DNA of 64,000 nucleotides from an uncultured Bacilli bacterium (GTDB lineage Bacteria; Bacillota_I; Bacilli_A; RF39; UBA660), in contig CANRFG010000003.1 in the NCBI GenBank assembly GCA_947629815.1, forward strand, positions 7,148 through 71,147. The letters run 5' to 3'. A model generated the notes under the pieces. It did not search any database. It was not told the DNA's origin and saw nothing but the letters and a program-made list of their open reading frames with translations. Position numbers and translations under genes: made by a program. This document shows positions 57,139 to 64,000 of this stretch, in pieces (positions within the stretch are counted from its first letter, which is position 1; each line of letters opens with the position of its first letter).

Positions 57139-57410
57139 TTTTCACTATTTATTCATATAGATTTCACATTTCACTGCTATACTTTAAATAGTGGAGGTGA
57201 TAATAATAAATTTATAACTTGAATAATTGACACAAAATAATAATTTTAAAAAAATACGATTCTCTATAAAATATATACGGTTATATTATTAAAGATATCT
57301 TCACTCCTTACTTAATGATATCTAAAATAATATTAGACACACATTTGTGTGTCTTTTTGTTTACTATTTTTTTAATTTGTGGTACTATTTATATAGTAAG
57401 AAGGTGACTT

Positions 57411-58430
57411 ATGAATAGAAAAGGATTTACTTTACCAGAAATATTAGGAGTTATAGTTTTACTTTCTATTATAGCGATTATTTCCATTTCACAAATAACT
57501 AATAGAGTTAATAGTACAAAAGGTAAAATAAGTGATGCTCAAAAACAACTTATACTTTCTGCAACTAAATTATTTGTAGATGAGAATAGATTGGAATATA
57601 AAAAAGAAGAAGGTAATGTTTATTGTATATTAGTTCAATCTGTAATTGATGGTGGATATTTAACTTCTCCTATATTAGATGTTGAAGGAAAAGAAATAGA
57701 CTATAATACAAAAATTAAAGCATCATATATAAATGATAAATTTGACTTTGAATATAATCCAAGTGGCTGTAATAGAAAATATGAAAATGGGACACCAATT
57801 TATTTTAATCCTGTAACAAATTTAGTTTGTACAGAAGGGGAAGCAAATAAAAATATGAATAGTAATGGAACCCCAACAGGTATAAAAGCAGGTTGTATGA
57901 AATGGTATACATTTAATGATAGTAGTGATAGTGATACAGTTAATTTAATACTTGACCATAATACAACACCACTTGTTGCTTGGAATTCAAGTGGAAATAG
58001 TACAGATGGAATGAAAGAAGTACAAGATGCATTAGTAAATGATATTAAAATTTGGAATGAAAATGTTAAGAAAACAGCACGATTAATAACAGCAGATGAG
58101 GTGGCAAAAATAATAGAAAATAGTAGTTTTGACTCTTCAAAGTCCACTGATACAGTTTACTTTGATACATGTACTCAACTTAAAAGTTGCAGTAAAGGAA
58201 GCAATAAATATTCATGGTTATTTGATTATACTCAAGGTTGCACGACTTATGGATGCAATGTTGATGATAATACGACAGGAGGCTATTGGACTTCTACACC
58301 TAGGGCTAATACCACTAATGGTGTATGGAACATACATCGTTTAGGGACACTGGGTATCAATTCAGTTGCAAATACAACTATTGATGGCATTCGCCCTGTT
58401 ATAACGCTACCTAAAACAATACTTCAATAA
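57411..58430 (+). CDS. prepilin-type N-terminal cleavage/methylation domain protein with DUF1566-like C-terminal domain
   Basis: N-terminus MNRKGFTLPEILGVIVLLSIIAII, the class III signal/pilin N-terminus. C-terminus GYWTSTPRANTTNGVWNIHRLGTL...GIRPVITLP resembles the DUF1566 consensus. Confidence 0.6.
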   Translation: MNRKGFTLPEILGVIVLLSIIAIISISQITNRVNSTKGKISDAQKQLILSATKLFVDENRLEYKKEEGNVYCILVQSVIDGGYLTSPILDVEGKEIDYNTKIKASYINDKFDFEYNPSGCNRKYENGTPIYFNPVTNLVCTEGEANKNMNSNGTPTGIKAGCMKWYTFNDSSDSDTVNLILDHNTTPLVAWNSSGNSTDGMKEVQDALVNDIKIWNENVKKTARLITADEVAKIIENSSFDSSKSTDTVYFDTCTQLKSCSKGSNKYSWLFDYTQGCTTYGCNVDDNTTGGYWTSTPRANTTNGVWNIHRLGTLGINSVANTTIDGIRPVITLPKTILQ

Positions 58431-58545
58431 ACTAAAGTCATAGATTTTCTATGACTTTTAATGTAAATTAAAACACAAAAATAATTAAATCTATTGACGA
58501 ACAAATGTATGAAGTGTTAAAATGAAATAGAGGATAGGTGTTAAA

Positions 58546-59091
58546 ATGTACTCATATATAGAAGGAATAGTAAAAGAAATAGAAAGTAATTATATAACAT
58601 TAGAAAATAATGGAATTGGATTTCTAATATATACTGCAAATCCATATTCATTTAATTTAGATGAAAAATATAAAATATATTTATATCAAAATGTAAGAGA
58701 AGATGAATTAAATTTATATGGCTTTAAAACAAAAGAAGAAAGAAATCTATTTTTAAAATTAATAGAAGTAAAAGGATTAGGTTGTAAAATGGCACTTCCT
58801 ATGCTTGCGATGGGAGAAACAAAAGGTATAATAGATGCAATAGAAAGAGAAAATATTTTATATTTAAAAAAATTTCCTAAAATAGGAGATAAAGTTGCTA
58901 GACAAATAATACTTGATTTAAAAGGAAAATTAGTAAGTAAACAAGAAGTAATAAAAACAAACGATGAGTTAGTAGAGGCTTTAAAAGCACTTGGATATAA
59001 GCCTGCTGATATAAATAAAATATTACCAAATATAAAAGAAACTGAAATAGAAAAACAAATAAAAGAAGCACTAAGATTACTTTTAAAATAG
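58546..59091 (+). CDS. ruvA: Holliday junction DNA helicase RuvA
   Basis: N-terminus MYSYIEGIV...GIGFLIY. HhH motifs and a C-terminal domain III. Confidence 0.85.
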   Translation: MYSYIEGIVKEIESNYITLENNGIGFLIYTANPYSFNLDEKYKIYLYQNVREDELNLYGFKTKEERNLFLKLIEVKGLGCKMALPMLAMGETKGIIDAIERENILYLKKFPKIGDKVARQIILDLKGKLVSKQEVIKTNDELVEALKALGYKPADINKILPNIKETEIEKQIKEALRLLLK

Positions 59092-59098
59092 GTGGTAT

Positions 59099-59650
59099 AT
59101 GAGAATAGGTATAGATATAGATGATACAATATGTGAAACTTGGGAATATGTAAAACCAATATATAAAAAACACTTTAATTTAAGTGATGAAGAATTAAAT
59201 AAAAATAAATATTCTAGAGTTTTAAAATGTACAATAGATGAATATTACGATTTTTATAAAAAAATAATTTCACCACTACTAATAAATGTTCCTATAAAAA
59301 AAGATGCAGTAAAATATATTAACAAATTAAAAGAAGAAGGAAACGAAATATATTTTATTACTGCAAGAAGTACATTTGATATGTACAATCCATATGAATT
59401 AACTAAACAATATTTAGAAAACAATAATATAAAATATGATAAATTACTTGTTAATTCACTAAAAAAAGAACAAGTAGCTAAAGACAATAATATAGATATT
59501 TTTATAGATGATAGTATAAAACATTGTACAAATGTATCAAAAGAAGGAATAAAAGTTTTTCTTATGGATAATATATACAATAAAAATTGTAATGATTTTC
59601 CAAAAGTAAAAAATTGGAAACAATTATATGAAAAAATAACATTAAATTAA
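59099..59650 (+). CDS. HAD-superfamily 5'(3')-deoxyribonucleotidase-like protein
   Basis: N-terminus [11 protein letters not shown] (DxDxT), plus FITARS and FIDD blocks. Inserted between ruvA and ruvB. Confidence 0.55.
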   Translation: MRIGIDIDDTICETWEYVKPIYKKHFNLSDEELNKNKYSRVLKCTIDEYYDFYKKIISPLLINVPIKKDAVKYINKLKEEGNEIYFITARSTFDMYNPYELTKQYLENNNIKYDKLLVNSLKKEQVAKDNNIDIFIDDSIKHCTNVSKEGIKVFLMDNIYNKNCNDFPKVKNWKQLYEKITLN

Positions 59651-59663
59651 AAGGACTGATGAT

Positions 59664-60653
59664 ATGGACGAAAGAATAATAACAAGTGAAAGACTAAATG
59701 AAGATATAGACGCAAATATAAGACCAAATAGTATAGACGAATATATTGGACAAACAGAAGTAAAAGAAAATTTAAATATTTTTATAAAAGCTGCTAAAAT
59801 GCGTAATGAATCATTAGACCATGTATTATTATATGGCCCTCCAGGACTAGGTAAAACAACACTTGCTTTTATAATTGCAAACGAACTTGGAACAAATATA
59901 AAAACAACTAGTGGACCTGCAATAGAAAAAAGTGGGGACTTGGCTGCAGTTTTATCAACACTAGAAGAAGGAGATGTACTATTTATTGACGAAATACATA
60001 GAATTCCAAGATTTATAGAAGAGATTTTATATTCAGCTATGGAAGATTATAAATTAGATATAATTGTTGGAAGTGATTCATCAAGTAGAAGTATAGAAAT
60101 AGACCTTCCTCCTTTTACACTAGTAGGCGCAACTACAAGAGCAGGCGATTTAACAGGACCATTAAGAGATAGATTTGGTATAGTTTCAAAATTAAATTAT
60201 TACACAGATGAAGAATTAACAGAAATAGTTAAAAGAACAAGTAGAGTACTTGATTGTAAAATAACAGATGATGCAGCAGTAGAACTTGCTAGAAGAAGTA
60301 GAGGAACCCCTAGAATTGCGAACAGATTATTTAAAAGAGTAAGAGATTATGCATTAGTACTTGGTGATGGTGAAATAAATTTAGAAATAACAACATATGC
60401 ACTAGATAAACTAAAAGTAGATAGTTTAGGACTTGACCAAACTGACTATAATTTACTTAAATCAATAATAGAAAAATTCAATGGTGGACCTGTTGGTATA
60501 GAAGCAATAGCCTCTTCAATAGGAGAAGAACAAACTACAATAGAAGATGTGTATGAGCCTTTTTTACTACAAAAAGGATTACTTAAAAGAACAAATAGAG
60601 GAAGAATAGTTACAGATAAAGCATATGAACATTTAGGAATAAACAAAAAATAA
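59664..60653 (+). CDS. ruvB: Holliday junction DNA helicase RuvB
   Basis: Walker [12 protein letters not shown], plus LFIDEIHR and a RuvB C-terminal winged helix. Confidence 0.95.
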   Translation: MDERIITSERLNEDIDANIRPNSIDEYIGQTEVKENLNIFIKAAKMRNESLDHVLLYGPPGLGKTTLAFIIANELGTNIKTTSGPAIEKSGDLAAVLSTLEEGDVLFIDEIHRIPRFIEEILYSAMEDYKLDIIVGSDSSSRSIEIDLPPFTLVGATTRAGDLTGPLRDRFGIVSKLNYYTDEELTEIVKRTSRVLDCKITDDAAVELARRSRGTPRIANRLFKRVRDYALVLGDGEINLEITTYALDKLKVDSLGLDQTDYNLLKSIIEKFNGGPVGIEAIASSIGEEQTTIEDVYEPFLLQKGLLKRTNRGRIVTDKAYEHLGINKK

Positions 60654-60758
60654 TTTGGAATTCATATTTCAAATTTTTTTGTAAACATACTTTACAAAAA
60701 ATAATACATTTATCTTTTTATATGTTATAATTATTTTAGATAATTGGAGGGACATCTA

Positions 60759-62987
60759 ATGGCAAAAAAGAAGAAACGAAAAGATGAAAATAAAACAAAA
60801 AGTGGATATAAAGTAGAGGTAATAGGAATCTTACTTATATTAATTGGAATAATAGGAATATGTAAATTTGGACCTGTTGGAATGTTTATAAGTGGATTTG
60901 CTGCATTTTTTGTTGGAACAGCTAATAATATTTTACTTGCTATGCTATTTGTAGTAGGTGGGTATATAATAGTAAAAAGAGAAAAACCTGTATTTTTTAC
61001 ATCCAAATTAATTGGACTTTATATAATAATAATTGCTTTACTTGTATTAATGCATATTAATTATGTAAAACAACTAGATATAGAAGTAGGAGAAATACTT
61101 AAAGAAACATTAAATAATTTACTTGGATATATCAAGTCAGTAGAAAAATTACAAGGTGGAGGAATGCTTGGTGCCTTATTTGGAACATTGTTTGTTAAAT
61201 GTTTTACAATAAGTGGAACAAGTATAGTATGTTTCGCACTAATAATTTGTGGATTTATAATGTTTACAGGTTTATCTATATATGATATGGTTACATCAAG
61301 TAAAAATAAAATAAAAAATATAGTTAAAAAAGATAAAATCAATAGACAAGAAAAAGAAATTGCTGCAGCTGCAACAGAATATGAAAATGATAATAAAGTC
61401 GTTATATCAAGTGTTGATGAACTTATACATCAATCTGATGACTTAAAAGAAGAAATAAAAGAAGAAAAAATAGAACAAACTCAAGTAGTTGTACCTCAAA
61501 TAAATATGGATGATGATTATATAGAAAATAAAGGATATAAATGTCCACCATCAACTATATTAACGCCTCCATCTAAAAAAGGTAAAACAATAACAAAAGA
61601 AGAAATAACAGAAACAGCAGAAATTTTAAGAAATGTTTTCCATGATTTTAATATAGAAGGACATGTTGTTGCTGTTAATGTTGGACCTGCTGTAACACAA
61701 TATGAAATGGAAATTAAAGCAGGAACAAAAGTAAGTAAAATATTATCATTGAATAGAGAGATTGCTCTTTCTTTAGCAGCAAAAGATGTTCGTATACAAG
61801 CGCCAATTCCAGGTAAAAGAACAGTAGGAATTGAAATACCTAATAAATCAATTTCAATGGTAACAGTAAGAGAAATAATAGATTCTATACCAAAAAGTAT
61901 GGATGAAAGTAAACTTGCAGTAACACTTGGTAAAGATATAATGGGTAAACCAATATATTGTGAAATAAATAAAACACCACACCTTTTAGTTGCAGGTTCA
62001 ACAGGTAGTGGTAAATCAGTATGTATTAATAGTATAATAATTTCTATTTTAATGAGAGCAAAACCAGATGAAGTAAAGTTTGTACTTGTTGACCCTAAAA
62101 AAGTAGAACTTAGTATGTATAATGGTGTACCACATCTACTTATACCCGTAGTAACAGACCCTAGAAAAGCTAATATCGCTCTTAAAAAAATAGTTGCTGA
62201 AATGGAAAGAAGATATGACTTATTTGAGGCAAGTGGTACAAAAAATATAGCTGGATACAATACATATATTGAAAAGAAAAATGAAGAATTGCCAGAATCA
62301 GAACAAATAAAAAAATTACCATTTATAGTTGTAATAATAGATGAACTTGCAGATTTAATGTTAGTTGCTGCAAAAGAAGTAGAAGACTCTATAATGAGAA
62401 TTACACAGATGGCAAGAGCAGCAGGAATACACTTGATAGTTGCTACACAAAGACCTTCAACAGATGTAATAACAGGTGTAGTTAAAGCAAATATACCTTC
62501 TCGTATTTCATTTGCTGTATCATCAAGTATAGATTCAAGAACAATACTTGATATGACAGGTGCTGAAAAATTATTAGGAAAAGGTGATATGTTATTTTTA
62601 CCTCAGGGAGAAAATACACCTATAAGAGTACAAGGTACTTTTATATCAGATGAAGATATTAAGAAAGTAGTTGATTATACAATATCACAACAAAAAGCAA
62701 GATATGATGAAACATTACTAATGGACGAAGAAGAAATGAATGCAACAACAATGGTTGAAAGTAACGAAAAAGAAGATTATGATGACCCATTATATAATGA
62801 AATTGTTGAGTTTGTAGTAACTCAAGGTAAAGCAAGTGCCTCACTACTACAAAGAAGATTTAGACTTGGATATAATAGAGCTGCAAGATGTATAGATTTA
62901 CTAGAAGAAAGAGGAATAATAGGTCCTGTAAATGGCTCTAAACCTAGAGAGGTTTTAGTAAAATTAGAAAGGAAAGAAGATGAATAA
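60759..62987 (+). CDS. ftsK: DNA translocase FtsK/SpoIIIE
   Basis: N-terminal TM segments, a linker, a motor domain (GSTGSGKSV Walker A, VIIDELADLM) and a C-terminal gamma domain. GGAGGG RBS precedes the ATG at 60759. Confidence 0.9.
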   Translation: MAKKKKRKDENKTKSGYKVEVIGILLILIGIIGICKFGPVGMFISGFAAFFVGTANNILLAMLFVVGGYIIVKREKPVFFTSKLIGLYIIIIALLVLMHINYVKQLDIEVGEILKETLNNLLGYIKSVEKLQGGGMLGALFGTLFVKCFTISGTSIVCFALIICGFIMFTGLSIYDMVTSSKNKIKNIVKKDKINRQEKEIAAAATEYENDNKVVISSVDELIHQSDDLKEEIKEEKIEQTQVVVPQINMDDDYIENKGYKCPPSTILTPPSKKGKTITKEEITETAEILRNVFHDFNIEGHVVAVNVGPAVTQYEMEIKAGTKVSKILSLNREIALSLAAKDVRIQAPIPGKRTVGIEIPNKSISMVTVREIIDSIPKSMDESKLAVTLGKDIMGKPIYCEINKTPHLLVAGSTGSGKSVCINSIIISILMRAKPDEVKFVLVDPKKVELSMYNGVPHLLIPVVTDPRKANIALKKIVAEMERRYDLFEASGTKNIAGYNTYIEKKNEELPESEQIKKLPFIVVIIDELADLMLVAAKEVEDSIMRITQMARAAGIHLIVATQRPSTDVITGVVKANIPSRISFAVSSSIDSRTILDMTGAEKLLGKGDMLFLPQGENTPIRVQGTFISDEDIKKVVDYTISQQKARYDETLLMDEEEMNATTMVESNEKEDYDDPLYNEIVEFVVTQGKASASLLQRRFRLGYNRAARCIDLLEERGIIGPVNGSKPREVLVKLERKEDE

Positions 62988-62989
62988 TT

Positions 62990-63895
62990 ATGGCAGATTC
63001 TAAAAAGAAAACAAGTAAAGTATCTAAAGAAAAAAAAGATTTAAAATCTAAAGTTGATTCATTAGAAGAACTTAATGATGTAACTGAAGTAGAAAAAAAA
63101 GATGACAACATAAAGTCAAATAAATTAGATAAAAGAGCTTATGCTAAAAATTTATTTCAATCATTAATATTAATTTGTGGTCTTGCTTGTATAATATATG
63201 GCCTATATAGTATGTTTTTTAAAGAACCAAAACAAGAAGAACAACCAGAAGAAAAGCCTAGAATTCAATTAAAAGATGTAAAAAAACTATATGGATACAT
63301 TTCTAAAGAAGAATTTCATCAAAATAAGTTATTAACAATTCAGAATATAGAAGAAGATATAATTTTTTCTGAGTTGTTAAATTCTAGAGGATTTGATAGA
63401 AAAACATATGAATCTGAAGGCTGTGAAGATTATACTCAACCTTGTAAAACAGGAGAAATATCATATAATGATGCATTATCAGAATTAAAATCAAAATATG
63501 GAAATATTTCTTTAACAAAAGATGTTTATTATTGGAATTATGGATTAGATAGATGTGATTTAGTTAACGATAAATTTGAGTGTTATGTATTATTAGGTGG
63601 ATTAGAAGATGTACTAGATGTATATTTTGATATGACTAATTTTATAGAAACAGATGATAAATTGTTAATATATGATAAATATGTAACATATTCTGGTTAT
63701 TATTCCGATGAATCTAAATGTTATGTAGATAGTAATTATGAAGTAGAATGTTTGGATACACAAAATTTAAGAGATGATGTAAATAGTTTAACTCAAGATG
63801 AAATACTAGAAAAATATGGTAAAGAATATGTTCATACATTCTTAAAAGATGAAAATGGAAATTACTATTGGTATAGTAGTGAAATGGTTAAATAA
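62990..63895 (+). CDS. hypothetical membrane-anchored protein
   Basis: 301 aa. Lysine-rich N-terminus, one TM helix, Cys-containing C-terminal domain. Confidence 0.4.
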   Translation: MADSKKKTSKVSKEKKDLKSKVDSLEELNDVTEVEKKDDNIKSNKLDKRAYAKNLFQSLILICGLACIIYGLYSMFFKEPKQEEQPEEKPRIQLKDVKKLYGYISKEEFHQNKLLTIQNIEEDIIFSELLNSRGFDRKTYESEGCEDYTQPCKTGEISYNDALSELKSKYGNISLTKDVYYWNYGLDRCDLVNDKFECYVLLGGLEDVLDVYFDMTNFIETDDKLLIYDKYVTYSGYYSDESKCYVDSNYEVECLDTQNLRDDVNSLTQDEILEKYGKEYVHTFLKDENGNYYWYSSEMVK

Positions 63896-64000
63896 AAACT
63901 CTTTAGAGAACTAAAGAGCTTTTTTTAATCAAATACTTCTTGTCTAATTAAATCTATATTTTCTTTCATTATAGAAATGTAATCTTTTTTATCATTTCTA

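Overview
AT-rich (about 28% GC) Firmicutes/Clostridia-like chromosomal segment from a probable spore-former (it carries spoVS and a BclA-like collagen gene). Most of the window is housekeeping. It includes an ABC transporter, spoVS, sufU-sufB, ssb, a murG-murB-ftsQ-ftsA-ftsZ cell-division cluster, mscL, dus, lysS, ackA, a DHH phosphoesterase, murF-ddl, fmt, ruvA, ruvB and ftsK. Two accessory stretches interrupt it. The first, about 8.3-10.7 kb, has tRNA-Arg(CCT), a conserved roughly 400-bp structured noncoding module, a collagen-like BclA-type gene and a Fic gene. The second, about 33.6-51 kb, is a larger island. It begins with two 100% identical IS1182-family copies in direct orientation. The first copy sits on the last codons of ddl. 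Between the copies are a beta-lactamase-fold hydrolase and a tRNA-Lys(CTT) locus in which one gene copy is split by a roughly 10.5-kb integrative element. That element carries a tyrosine integrase, two excisionase-like HTH genes, a RepL-like replication protein, iteron-like repeats, three tandem paralogous zinc-ribbon membrane proteins with an XRE regulator, and two unknown cargo genes. A second copy of the conserved tRNA-flanking module lies at attR. After it come two repeat-rich (LRR-like) proteins and a DUF1848 protein. Further right, at 54.3-55.0 kb, a ToxN-like gene is preceded by about 2.5 copies of a 45-nt direct repeat at 62-nt spacing and a rho-independent terminator. This is the architecture of a type III (ToxIN/CptIN-like) RNA-antitoxin abortive-infection module, and it is the most system-like candidate in the window. 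No CRISPR array or rRNA gene was found. All calls rest on reading the supplied ORF translations and the raw sequence; no searches were run.
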